Shown here: positions 8,312 through 16,323 of the stretch, piece after piece
Position numbering within the stretch: position 1 is the first letter of the stretch
How the letters are laid out: the number at the start of each line of letters is the position of its first letter
From: a virus
Lineage: Duplodnaviria > Caudoviricetes
IMG/VR virus record: IMGVR_UViG_3300048599_000907
Location: 1 to 32,681 of that record
Length of the DNA stretch: 32,681 bases
Reading direction: 5' to 3' (one strand)
Notes under the pieces: generated by a model
Seen by the model: the letters and a program-made list of their open reading frames with translations, nothing else
What the model was told of the DNA's origin: nothing
Databases searched by the model: none
Translations under genes and position numbers: made by a program

Positions 8312-8482
8312 AGCCGCCCGGTGCTTTTTGTAAAACTTCTTTGCGGCGGTGTCTTCTGGGCAATTATAGTCCTCGACAAATTCGCAATCATCGCATGAGA
8401 TTTGAGTTACTTGCATTTCACGGCTTGAATTGATCGACAATTCACCGCCGCATTTCGGGCAAACCATATCGTCTATATCCAC
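8279..8482 (-). CDS. Zn-ribbon protein carried on an integron-type cassette (67 aa)
   Basis: GGAGG then GTG at 8482; CPKC...CDDC; stop lies inside attC. Confidence 0.7.
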   Translation of the reverse strand: MDIDDMVCPKCGGELSINSSREMQVTQISCDDCEFVEDYNCPEDTAAKKFYKKHRAAIQQQLQPDSD

Positions 8483-8571
8483 GGTAAATCCTCCGGGCGG
8501 CGAGGTGCGCCGTCCATATAATCGCTTGCCGATTATGTGGCAAGCATCCAACTCTGCTTATCTCGTTCCGC

Positions 8572-8907
8572 CTATCGCACTTCCTCAAGCACCCCGCCGA
8601 TCTCCTTCGCCTTTTTCTCCGCCGTCATTTGCGAGAAGATTACCGCCCTTGATTTGCGGACTATCAATGGCATTCGCGAGATTTCCTCGACTCCTCCGTA
8701 GTATCCATCGTCGGACATCTTGATGAGGTATCGTTTTTCGCGCTCGAGCCGGATGAATCCCGCGAGTCCCAGAAGAGGGGCGATGATGATAGCGAGCGTG
8801 AAAAACACCAGAAAAAAAGGCGTAATAACCAGAAGTACGAGAGAGACAAGGAAACCGTATACTACGCTTTGAAGCCACGGGCCCCGGCCGATCGTTATCT
8901 TGCTCAT
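8572..8907 (-). CDS. Hypothetical membrane protein
   Basis: Long hydrophobic N-terminal half; GGGAG RBS; ATGA-coupled. Confidence 0.6.
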   Translation of the reverse strand: MSKITIGRGPWLQSVVYGFLVSLVLLVITPFFLVFFTLAIIIAPLLGLAGFIRLEREKRYLIKMSDDGYYGGVEEISRMPLIVRKSRAVIFSQMTAEKKAKEIGGVLEEVR

Positions 8908-9029
8908 TTGCTTTTACTCTCCCTTTCTTGTTTTTTCCGTTGCGCTTCTTTGTAGAAAACGGAACACGGATTCTTGCAATTCTTTTGCGCGCACTCTTTA
9001 CAGTTTTTCGGTATTGTCCAGGTTCTCAC
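8904..9029 (-). CDS. Small Cys-rich protein (41 aa, MRTWTIPKNCKEC...)
   Basis: Read by hand; AGGAG then GTG; ATGA overlap with the next gene. Confidence 0.55.
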   Translation of the reverse strand: MRTWTIPKNCKECAQKNCKNPCSVFYKEAQRKKQERESKSK

Positions 9030-9039
9030 AGGCTTGCTC

Positions 9040-9411
9040 CTAAAATGCGAACTCAAGCTGGCTTAAAGGTTTGAGTTCTTGCTGCAATACTTTCGGACGT
9101 CGGCGCGGGTAATGCACCATTCCTCGTCGTCGTCCTTGTAGGCGTCCAGTTCTTTTCGGTAGATCATTCGGTAAATCGTAAGCGGCTGCAGCGAGAAGAA
9201 ATTCGCAACTTCCTCCACGGATAGAATCGCGTCCAGGGATTCTATTTTTTCTGTCAGGGTGTTGCTTATCATATTCGATGACTCCCTCGGGCAATACTCG
9301 CCAGGCTCCTGAGACCTTTACCGCCTCGACGCTTCCCATTACGATCAGGTAGTACACCTGCCACGTTTCCATACTTAGGTATTCCGCCGAAATCCTCACC
9401 GTCCAGAACAT
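9040..9411 (-). CDS. Excisionase/MerR-type HTH protein with C-terminal extension
   Basis: WTV...AEYL.M...QVYYLI..G.VEAVKV.GAWRV pattern; AGGAGGGG RBS. Confidence 0.65.
   Translation of the reverse strand: MFWTVRISAEYLSMETWQVYYLIVMGSVEAVKVSGAWRVLPEGVIEYDKQHPDRKNRIPGRDSIRGGSCEFLLAAAAYDLPNDLPKRTGRLQGRRRGMVHYPRRRPKVLQQELKPLSQLEFAF
9063..9272 (-). CDS. Excisionase/MerR-type HTH (HTH_17) protein
   Basis: LSVEEVANFF......IYRMI..KEL.A......W.I pattern; GAGGGAG RBS; nested in 9040-9411. Confidence 0.8.
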   Translation of the reverse strand: MISNTLTEKIESLDAILSVEEVANFFSLQPLTIYRMIYRKELDAYKDDDEEWCITRADVRKYCSKNSNL

Positions 9412-9428
9412 AGGTCCCCTCCTGACTG

Positions 9429-9457
9429 TTGACAGCGCCTTCGCATCGCGTTAAGGT
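9429..9457 (+). promoter_or_regulatory. Antisense sigma70 promoter
   Basis: TTGACA (9429-9434), 17-nt spacer, TAAGGT (9452-9457). Confidence 0.65.
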
Positions 9458-9461
9458 GTTC

Positions 9462-9533
9462 ATGAGTTTTATGCGCGGTAGTACCGCAGTCAGGAAGGGC
9501 GCCATCTGTTCGAGAGATGGCGCTCTTTTTTTT
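9462..9533 (+). ncRNA. Candidate ~70-nt antisense sRNA
   Basis: Lies between the promoter above and a + strand terminator (stem 9497-9525, T8 9526-9533); no ORF. Confidence 0.55.
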
Positions 9534-9750
9534 ATGCTATATTCAAATCGAGCTGTCCATTTTCCGACTCGACGATCCGAATGTCATCAAGAAGTTTGAA
9601 CAGCACGATTCCGATAGAGTCGAGCGCGAGACGCTGCTTATCGCACCTTCGCTCAAGAATGAAGAGTTGTTGTTTTGTAAGTTCTATTTCAGAAAGGATC
9701 TTTTCCAAGGTTAACCCCTGTGATCCGGGTTGAGTCCGGCTTTCCAGCAA
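9532..9750 (-). CDS. Small coiled-coil protein
   Basis: Follows gemA; heptad-like pattern; true start uncertain. Confidence 0.5.
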   Translation of the reverse strand: MLESRTQPGSQGLTLEKILSEIELTKQQLFILERRCDKQRLALDSIGIVLFKLLDDIRIVESENGQLDLNIA

Positions 9751-10160
9751 ATATCCCGTAACGCGAGAATTACGCTTGAGGCGCTTGATCGTGGCAGAAA
9801 TGATATATCGTCTACCTTTCCTATCCGCTTGATTATCGCCTTGAGGCTAATCTCGTCTTTCACGCGGCTTGCCAGTTGCCAGAGGCCCCGGATGTAGTAT
9901 TCCTGACGCTTCGTGATATACCCCGGAGCGCCGCCAACCGTGGTCTTTCGCTTGTTACCTGAAGCGGCGCTTGCTCGCGGATCGTATCGGAAGCCGAGTC
10001 GCGAGAACGCGAGCATGACTTCCTTGAACTGTTCTACGTCGCGAATTTCTTTCGAGCTTTCGCACCCGACGCCGGAGAGAATCCCCCGGTATGCCGCCTC
10101 GTCGATGCCCGTTTTTTTCTTCGCCACATGGATTATTCTGATCCAATCTTCTTTTCCCAT
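9711..10160 (-). CDS. gemA: GemA (Mu gp16, DUF1018) regulatory protein
   Basis: IHVAKK..GID...YR..L....SSKE motif; T.RQ..YI..LW; AGGAG RBS. Confidence 0.85.
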   Translation of the reverse strand: MGKEDWIRIIHVAKKKTGIDEAAYRGILSGVGCESSKEIRDVEQFKEVMLAFSRLGFRYDPRASAASGNKRKTTVGGAPGYITKRQEYYIRGLWQLASRVKDEISLKAIIKRIGKVDDISFLPRSSASSVILALRDICWKAGLNPDHRG

Positions 10161-10220
10161 AGTGCCGCTCCTGGTAATGTCGTCCGGGGCAGGACGTCCA
10201 GATCTGCCCCGAAGTGGAGA

Positions 10221-10832
10221 TCAAAGCCTCGCGACATCAAGATTAATCAGATCATATTCTCCACGATTATTCCGATGATAAACGCGAATATATTCCTTGC
10301 TCTCGGAGACTTGAATTGAATCCCCGATTGCTTCCATTGCTTTTTTCCATCGTAAATCATCAATGGAAAGGCGACGTAATCCAAGAATACGATTTGTGTT
10401 GATCTTTCCTGCTTTACCGACATAGAAGGCATCATTGACTAATGCCTGAATCTCACTTCGTGAGTCTTTTGACCAATCGGTTATGCATGCGTCGATAAGC
10501 TCTTTTGCAACCTGAAGGCGTTCATCGAATGAGATTAATTCGTTAACCGCTACGAGAACCTTGAACTCTCCGTCATATGACAGAAATTGCATGTTGCCTT
10601 TTTCGCCGCCAAACTTTACACCGTATTGTTCGGCACTCAGTTCTACAAACGCTCGGATGTCTCCGAACATTTCTTCTTTGAGTTCTCGGAGCTTCTCTGA
10701 CATGGAAAGAGTCTTTCTGACGACATCTTTAACCAGATCATCGCGGGCTTTATCAACATCCTTGACCATCGATACGGGATCAAGTCCGCCCTTACTGTTT
10801 TTCATGTACCCGTCGGGAATTTCGTTGTTCAT
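10221..10832 (-). CDS. DUF3164 family protein
   Basis: GYM.N.KG.L.P, GGEKGN....SYDG, FDERLQ.AKELID, W..AM.AI motifs; typical of transposable phages. Confidence 0.85.
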   Translation of the reverse strand: MNNEIPDGYMKNSKGGLDPVSMVKDVDKARDDLVKDVVRKTLSMSEKLRELKEEMFGDIRAFVELSAEQYGVKFGGEKGNMQFLSYDGEFKVLVAVNELISFDERLQVAKELIDACITDWSKDSRSEIQALVNDAFYVGKAGKINTNRILGLRRLSIDDLRWKKAMEAIGDSIQVSESKEYIRVYHRNNRGEYDLINLDVARL

Positions 10833-10845
10833 ACTTTCTCCTTTT

Positions 10846-11055
10846 TTATGCAGCTTCCGGGCCGGTTCCGGACGGAGCGATGCTCGTTTCGTTTTTCAGG
10901 ACTTGCTTTGCTTCAAAGACCAGCGTTCCTATTTTCAGGCAGCAGTCCCGAGGGCTCTTGTTCAGGATCGCGGCGGATGCCGTGTCCTGTATCTCGTCCA
11001 GAAGCTTGTTCAGCATTTCGTAGCCTGAATCGTTAATCATCATCGTGTTAGGCAT
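10846..11055 (-). CDS. Hypothetical protein
   Basis: GGGGAGG upstream of ATG (MPNTMM...); in-operon. Confidence 0.55.
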   Translation of the reverse strand: MPNTMMINDSGYEMLNKLLDEIQDTASAAILNKSPRDCCLKIGTLVFEAKQVLKNETSIAPSGTGPEAA

Positions 11056-11080
11056 TAGACACCTCCCCAAGTGCCGTTAT

Positions 11081-11788
11081 TCAGTCATCGCCTTTCGTCC
11101 CGGCAATGATTCCCTTCTCCTCGTACTGCTCGATGCGTTCGTAGTATTTCTCGATCGCGATCTGCACGTTTTTCAGGAGTTCCTTCTGCTCGATATCGGG
11201 CAGGCCTTGCGGTGGCGTCGTATACAGTTGAACGACCGGAATATGACCGCCGCTCTTGCTGATAAGCCAGAGCCGGTTCGTTTCATGGAACGACTCGACA
11301 CGGTAGTTTTTCAACCGAGCCTTCGAGAGGCAGGGTTCTGCGAACAGGGCTTCAATGTCGTAGTCGAACTCCGTCTGTTCATCGCCCGCGAACTTGACGC
11401 GGCCCGGCTTTTCTTCGTCGCCCTTTTCTGCTTTCACGCCGGCAAGCCCGGCGAGCGCATACGCTTCGGTCTTCGCCTTGTCTTCGAGCAATGACGGGTC
11501 TTCCTTGAAGAACTCGAATGTCCTGATGTAGTTGTTCGCCGTGTTGTAGCTGAAATCGAAGTTTTCCTTGACGAACTGCATCCAGGGGAGGCTCGCGTCG
11601 GAATTCCGCCTGATCGTGTAGAGCCGTTGCCCGATGTCGAACGCGATCATCGCGGACTTCTTCATCGAGGCAATGAACTTCTTGTGAAGGGCGTTTACCT
11701 CCCGTACCGCCCCGGCGGAGATGTCCGCCGGGGCGGTCGCCGCGAGTCCGGTTTCCGGCTCGTTGGGCGCAATCTTGTTGTTTTTCAC
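11081..11788 (-). CDS. DUF3102-like protein
   Basis: IGQRL..I......W..FV.ENF.FS..TANNY motif; GGAGG RBS with GTG start. Confidence 0.7.
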   Translation of the reverse strand: MKNNKIAPNEPETGLAATAPADISAGAVREVNALHKKFIASMKKSAMIAFDIGQRLYTIRRNSDASLPWMQFVKENFDFSYNTANNYIRTFEFFKEDPSLLEDKAKTEAYALAGLAGVKAEKGDEEKPGRVKFAGDEQTEFDYDIEALFAEPCLSKARLKNYRVESFHETNRLWLISKSGGHIPVVQLYTTPPQGLPDIEQKELLKNVQIAIEKYYERIEQYEEKGIIAGTKGDD

Positions 11789-11792
11789 GGCC

Positions 11793-12704
11793 TTACCTCC
11801 AGTTCCTGCGGATTACCATCTGGGCGGCCATCTCGACGACCTCAAGGTCGCATTCCGCGATCTTGTTGACCGCCATGGTGTTTTGTGCCCGCTCGATGAT
11901 CTTGGTGAACTGCCTCACGTCCGTCCGGCTTATCGCGTAGATGGCGTCGATCACCTCCTTGTCGACCGCGGGCCATACCTTCTGGGCGATCATCGTCGCG
12001 TCCCGTTTCGTGAGGCCGCAAAGAGGGAGGTATACGCCGATGCGCGATTCGAGTTGCCGGTGGTCGTTCTTGAGGTTCTGAATGAGCCCGGTCAGTCGCG
12101 GAAGGCCGATAAGGACCAGCCCGGAGCCGCCGAGGTCATATACCAGGCGCCGGGAGAACTCGAGGGCGTCAGCCTTGAGATTATCCGCCTCGTCGAGGAT
12201 TACTACCATGTCGCGTTCCGCGAGCGCGGCGGCTACGTTCTGGATCAGCGTTTGATTCGGTACGCGGTAGATGTCGACGCCGAGGTATTTCGCGATCTCC
12301 TGAACGAGCGCTTTCTTGTTCATTCCCGAAACGACATTGACGAGTATCGTCGTGCGCGGATTGCGGTCGGCGTACCACTTCGCGGCGGTAGACTTCCCCG
12401 CGCCGGCATCATCGACGATGAGCGCGATGTCCTTTTCCGAATGGGCAAGCGCGATCGCGTTGGTGATCTTGGTCAGCGCGTCCGTCTCGACGATCTCGAC
12501 TTTCTTGCGGGCGTGTGCCTGTTCGAGCCGGGCGATCCACTTGATGATCGCCTCCTCGAGTTTGTCGACATCGCCCTTGTACTTCCCGCCCCGGTAATCC
12601 GATATAACCGGGCTTGAGTACCCGATATCCTTTGCCGCGCGATTCTGGCTGATCTCGTACTTTTCGAGCGTCGCCTCAAGTCTCGTTACCACTGTCTGAT
12701 TCAT
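11793..12704 (-). CDS. MuB-like transposition ATPase (N-terminal HTH + AAA+)
   Basis: SQNRAAKDIGYSSPVIS HTH; Walker A DAGAGKS; Walker B VVILDEAD; LVLIG and L.SRIG motifs; follows the transposase. Confidence 0.92.
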   Translation of the reverse strand: MNQTVVTRLEATLEKYEISQNRAAKDIGYSSPVISDYRGGKYKGDVDKLEEAIIKWIARLEQAHARKKVEIVETDALTKITNAIALAHSEKDIALIVDDAGAGKSTAAKWYADRNPRTTILVNVVSGMNKKALVQEIAKYLGVDIYRVPNQTLIQNVAAALAERDMVVILDEADNLKADALEFSRRLVYDLGGSGLVLIGLPRLTGLIQNLKNDHRQLESRIGVYLPLCGLTKRDATMIAQKVWPAVDKEVIDAIYAISRTDVRQFTKIIERAQNTMAVNKIAECDLEVVEMAAQMVIRRNWR

Positions 12705-12713
12705 AAATCCCCC

Positions 12714-14648
12714 TTATAAATCCGGTAGATAATCTTCCGCCCGCGCTTCGAGCGGGCTAATCATTACGCGTTTCTGCTTCCGGGGCGGGTCAGGGGATGG
12801 TATCGATACGTCCTCCGCGCCTGCCGCCTTCGGAAGCGCCAGTTGTTCGTCGATATCGGGCAGGTCGTTCTGTTCGTAGATGCGACCCGCGACATCGATC
12901 ATCGTGCGGAACTCGGGAGCCGCCTTGACCTCGCCCGACCCCATTTGCGCGAGCATCATGAGGTTCTTCTTTTTCGCCTCGCGGACTCGTCCGATGGATT
13001 CGCCAAGATTCGCGGTTTCCTTGGTGTAGTCGGCGATCGCCGTGCAGATAACCGCCCCGTGCGCGTCCGTGACGAGGACTTCCTCGTCGTTCGTCAACGA
13101 TTGCCGCACGATCACGTCCCGGCCGGAATAGGTGAAGAGCGCCTGGGCGAAATAGGACCGGTCGCCGATCTTCACGCAGTTGCCGCGCACCCGCCTGACC
13201 GTCCCGCGCGACAGGGCAAGCGTTAGCACTTCCTTGTCCGCCGCGGGCACGTCGTCGGGGTAGTTCTCGGCGAATACCTGCGAGGGCGTTTTCCCGTTCA
13301 TACCCTTGCCGTCCGACTCAAAACGGTCATTGACGAGCTGGATCGTCGACCCGAGGGCTTTCACGAACCAGTCCCAATCGTTGAAGTCTTCCCGTTGTGC
13401 GACTCCGTTGATCGACCGGTAAAAGGTTTGAACCTCGTCGGGGCGCGTCCGGGTATCGCTGCCGGTATACGCTCCCGTGTCCTTCGAGAAGTATTCCGCG
13501 AGCGTTCGGAAGAACCGTTCCTGCCGGCCTTTCGATTTACCGTTGTACGTTTCGGTGAAGGTGATCCGGGTACCGACCATCGAGAAGACGCCCTCAAGAT
13601 GTACCATTACCTCTTCCGAAAGTCCTTCCGGGGTGTAGACGGTGATCTTCTCGAATGACCCGTTGAGGATCTTCGAACGGTAATCTTGCCCGTTGTCGAA
13701 TACGCATTCCTTCGGGATGCCGTACCGGAGCGCCATCATGTAGAAAGCGACGATGATCGACATGCTCGACGGGTTTACGCTCGGGCACCATCCGATGATC
13801 TTTCCGGACCGGTAGTCCTGAAACGTCGTGATCCATGGGCGGATCAGTTTGCCCTTGTACCGGATGACGCAGTCGAGGCAGTGATGGTCGGATACGACTT
13901 TGTCCATGCTTCGATAGCGCAAGACGTTCTGGTCAACGTGCGGGTGATGGTAGTTCCCGGCTCGCGTCGCGCCGAGTCGCTTGAAGTCGATTAGCGGTTT
14001 CGGTAGGGAATTGAGGTATCGGTATGCCGTCTGGTAGGAACAGGAGGAGTCGGGAATATTGAACCGCATGAGCCGCCACGCGTGCCGGGCCGAAGGTTGC
14101 TCGGGCCGGAGCCAGAAATACTCGAGGTATGACCGTTCCGTGTCCGTAAGGCTTTCGCCCGCGCCGCCCCGCGTTGCACCGTAGAGCGGGACGAGGCCAG
14201 CCGCTCCGCGCATTTCGCTTCGTGCTTTGAGCCACCGGTACAGGGTCGGAACCGATACCGTGCCGAGTTTCTCCCGGATAGGCCGCGCTACGGCACCGGA
14301 ATTGTACGCCCCGACGAACGTCTCGAGATTCACCCCGGTCTGTTTCGCCCGGTCGTATTCCGCGAGCAGCGCCGCGCGCCATGTCGCGATCTCGCGCGAG
14401 CGGTCGCTCGCCGCCTTGAATCCGTGTCCCGCGATGCTTTCCTCGGCATCTTCCCGCTCGACCATCGGCACTGTCTTTTTCGTTGACGATAACGCCATGC
14501 GAATATCCAGCGGGAGCCGCGTTTCCACGAACTGCAAACCGCCCGACTTTTCTATATATGCCCAGCCTTCCCGACGCGCTCGCTCAATAACGGTTTTCCG
14601 CGCAAGGCCGATGGCGTCGCTTATCCGTTTTGTGCTTATCGTCGTCAT
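12714..14648 (-). CDS. MuA-like DDE transposase
   Basis: N-terminal Mu DNA-binding region (RARREGW), SVPTLYRW HTH, catalytic SDHH / FDNGQDY / KGRQERFF, Mu C-terminal domain. Confidence 0.95.
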   Translation of the reverse strand: MTTISTKRISDAIGLARKTVIERARREGWAYIEKSGGLQFVETRLPLDIRMALSSTKKTVPMVEREDAEESIAGHGFKAASDRSREIATWRAALLAEYDRAKQTGVNLETFVGAYNSGAVARPIREKLGTVSVPTLYRWLKARSEMRGAAGLVPLYGATRGGAGESLTDTERSYLEYFWLRPEQPSARHAWRLMRFNIPDSSCSYQTAYRYLNSLPKPLIDFKRLGATRAGNYHHPHVDQNVLRYRSMDKVVSDHHCLDCVIRYKGKLIRPWITTFQDYRSGKIIGWCPSVNPSSMSIIVAFYMMALRYGIPKECVFDNGQDYRSKILNGSFEKITVYTPEGLSEEVMVHLEGVFSMVGTRITFTETYNGKSKGRQERFFRTLAEYFSKDTGAYTGSDTRTRPDEVQTFYRSINGVAQREDFNDWDWFVKALGSTIQLVNDRFESDGKGMNGKTPSQVFAENYPDDVPAADKEVLTLALSRGTVRRVRGNCVKIGDRSYFAQALFTYSGRDVIVRQSLTNDEEVLVTDAHGAVICTAIADYTKETANLGESIGRVREAKKKNLMMLAQMGSGEVKAAPEFRTMIDVAGRIYEQNDLPDIDEQLALPKAAGAEDVSIPSPDPPRKQKRVMISPLEARAEDYLPDL

Positions 14649-14920
14649 GCCGCTTGTCCTCTCTCCCTCATGGTTTCGAGGTCGCCGCGCGTCCTGATCG
14701 GGAAGAGGTCTTCCCGGCGAAGGCCGAAGAATGCGGCGATGCGGGTTTCGGTAGCGGGGGATCGGCGCGTACCCCAGATGATTTCCGACAGGTGACTTTT
14801 CTGAATCCCTACAGCATCTGCAAGTTCATCTTGCGTCATCTCATTTGCATAGAGCCGCTGCATGACAAGCATCTTTCGTTCGATGTCTTTCGGGTAAGGT
14901 CTTCCGGGTGCCTTTTTCAT
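14645..14920 (-). CDS. Ner/Cro-like XRE HTH regulator
   Basis: MTQDELADAVGIQKSHLSEII.G HTH; ATGA-coupled to the transposase; AGGAGG RBS. Confidence 0.8.
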   Translation of the reverse strand: MKKAPGRPYPKDIERKMLVMQRLYANEMTQDELADAVGIQKSHLSEIIWGTRRSPATETRIAAFFGLRREDLFPIRTRGDLETMRERGQAA

Positions 14921-15189
14921 TATGTCCTCCTCTGTTCAAGTTCCTTTATGCGGTCCTTCAATAAACCGATTGTTGAATACGCGATGTCGCGGGAGTCGAC
15001 CAGCAGATCGATCGCCTTCCGCTGATATTCGATGATCTTGTCCTGGGCAAGTTCTCTTCGCTTTTGCATGGCGAAATCGCCGCATAACCGGCTGATCGCC
15101 CGATCCTGCATACGCAGCCTTGCCCGTAGCCGTCGGCACTTCTGGCATTGCCGTTGTGCCCTCTTGTTTTTTCTTCCGTTTCTGTTCAT
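14920..15189 (-). CDS. Basic coiled-coil hypothetical protein
   Basis: AAAGGA RBS; TAATG coupling to the Ner-like gene. Confidence 0.6.
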   Translation of the reverse strand: MNRNGRKNKRAQRQCQKCRRLRARLRMQDRAISRLCGDFAMQKRRELAQDKIIEYQRKAIDLLVDSRDIAYSTIGLLKDRIKELEQRRT

Positions 15190-15249
15190 ACTGTTGTTCG
15201 TCCTTTGATCGGCGCAGCAGCTTGCAGGCCGTCGCGCGCCAATCGAGAT

Positions 15250-15277
15250 AGCGGTTCCCTACGGAGCCGCTTTTTTT
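15250..15277 (+). terminator. Intrinsic terminator on the + (antisense) strand
   Basis: AGCGGTTCC-ctac-GGAGCCGCT followed by a T run. Confidence 0.7.
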
Positions 15278-15289
15278 ATGCCCGAAGCC

Positions 15290-15342
15290 CCTTCGTGGTA
15301 TACTGGAATCACCACAACCCCAGAACGCCACGAAGGAGGCAA
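15290..15342 (+). repeat. Repeat A copy 1: extended -10 promoter plus RBS within an inverted repeat
   Basis: CCTTCGTGG-TATACTG...CCAGAACGCCACGAAGGAGGCAA; second copy at 15818-15869. Confidence 0.85.
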
Positions 15343-15350
15343 AAAAACAA

Positions 15351-15557
15351 ATGAAGATTTATGAAGGTGAGAAGCTGTCACCAAAGGATCGACTGGCTCA
15401 AACAGTCGAGTTGACGGAATGTCCCGCATGCGGGCAGTCAATCAAATGGCCGCCGAACCAGAACCTGATTATTCACTGCCCGTACTGTCAGGAGTATTTT
15501 TTTGGGAAAAAGGTTTTAACAGATTTGGAACTCGATTCAGTAATGGATGAAGAATAG
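15351..15557 (+). CDS. Zn-ribbon protein (68 aa)
   Basis: CPAC-x15-CPYC; AAGGAGG RBS from repeat A1. Confidence 0.7.
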   Translation: MKIYEGEKLSPKDRLAQTVELTECPACGQSIKWPPNQNLIIHCPYCQEYFFGKKVLTDLELDSVMDEE

Positions 15558-15774
15558 TTCTAACTGCCCACGGGAAGGTTGAACAGTATTTCGTATACCG
15601 GAGATAGCCACCTTCAACCTTCCACCAGTATTTTCTGTTAAGTACACTTGGACATCCTTGTTCGATAAATAGCCTATGAAATTCTTTGAATGTTTCAGGA
15701 TCGTCCAGACATTCTCGACGTCGACGCATTGCGAAAGCGTAATCTTTCGTGACGGTGAATCCGAATAGTTTCAT
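15469..15774 (-). CDS. Hypothetical protein (101 aa, MKLFGFTVTKDY...)
   Basis: Preceded by repeat B1 (hairpin + AAAGGG); 3' end overlaps the + strand Zn-ribbon gene. Confidence 0.5.
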   Translation of the reverse strand: MKLFGFTVTKDYAFAMRRRRECLDDPETFKEFHRLFIEQGCPSVLNRKYWWKVEGGYLRYTKYCSTFPWAVRTILHPLLNRVPNLLKPFSQKNTPDSTGSE

Positions 15775-15781
15775 TGCCTTA

Positions 15782-15801
15782 CCCTTTGCCCCATCCGGGG
15801 C
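15782..15801 (-). repeat. Repeat B copy 1: GCCCC-loop-GGGGC hairpin plus RBS
   Basis: 19/20 identical to 16324-16343; each copy directly precedes a - strand ATG. Confidence 0.85.
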
Positions 15802-15817
15802 CGATAAAGAAAGCCTT

Positions 15818-15869
15818 CCCTCGTGGTATACTGACCGTGTCACAAACCAGAACGCCACGAAGGAGGCAA
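15818..15869 (+). repeat. Repeat A copy 2
   Basis: TCGTGGTATACTG and a 23-bp stretch identical to copy 1. Confidence 0.85.
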
Positions 15870-15875
15870 GAAGCC

Positions 15876-16316
15876 CTATGGATTACAGTTCCTTTTCCAG
15901 ATGGTGTAGCAATTCAATCGAAGAATTGGCAAACGAACTGACAGAAGAAGTAATTGAAGAATTGCGGAAGGAAATCGCAGGAGCGAGCTTGCAAACGATT
16001 TTATCTCGCGCTTCGCCCCAAGATATTTTAGACTTTCTTTCCTATACTCCGAAAAAGCGGGCATCATTAAAGAAATTCGGTCCAGAGACTCGTCGGGTTC
16101 GGCTGATGTTTGATTCGCTGTTATTGTTGCAACAGGTTCAAGGTATGCTTCAGGAGGTCGAGAACTTAAAGATCTGCGAGAAGGATATCGACCTTCTCGA
16201 GGCGTTCCTGTTTCTACGTCAGAGCGTCTTATATCCGAAATTGAAACACCCTGCGCTAATTCGTCAAGAATACGCCGAATCTTTGCGTTATTTTCTTTCG
16301 TGATTCGCGGCTTCAT
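15876..16316 (-). CDS. Hypothetical protein (146 aa, MKPRITKENN...), fully antisense to 15878-16303
   Basis: Preceded by repeat B2 with AAAGGGG RBS; N-terminus helical, remainder less protein-like. Confidence 0.4.
   Translation of the reverse strand: MKPRITKENNAKIRRILDELAQGVSISDIRRSDVETGTPREGRYPSRRSLSSRPPEAYLEPVATITANQTSAEPDESLDRISLMMPAFSEYRKESLKYLGAKREIKSFASSLLRFPSAILQLLLLSVRLPILRLNCYTIWKRNCNP
15878..16303 (+). CDS. Hypothetical helical protein (141 aa, MDYSSFSRW...)
   Basis: AAGGAGG RBS from repeat A2; protein-like composition. Confidence 0.65.
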   Translation: MDYSSFSRWCSNSIEELANELTEEVIEELRKEIAGASLQTILSRASPQDILDFLSYTPKKRASLKKFGPETRRVRLMFDSLLLLQQVQGMLQEVENLKICEKDIDLLEAFLFLRQSVLYPKLKHPALIRQEYAESLRYFLS

Positions 16317-16323
16317 AAGATTC

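Noticed and set aside
9269-9505. 78-aa - strand ORF
   Set aside because: No SD; it overlaps the HTH gene and the regulatory hairpins.
11721-12617. 298-aa + strand ORF and similar long antisense ORFs over transposase, capsid, tail and tape-measure genes
   Set aside because: Shadows of GC-rich codon usage in well-identified genes, with no RBS or motifs.
15351-15557. Mu Com translational activator
   Set aside because: Only the CxxC...CxxC spacing is similar; no mom gene nearby and the position does not fit.
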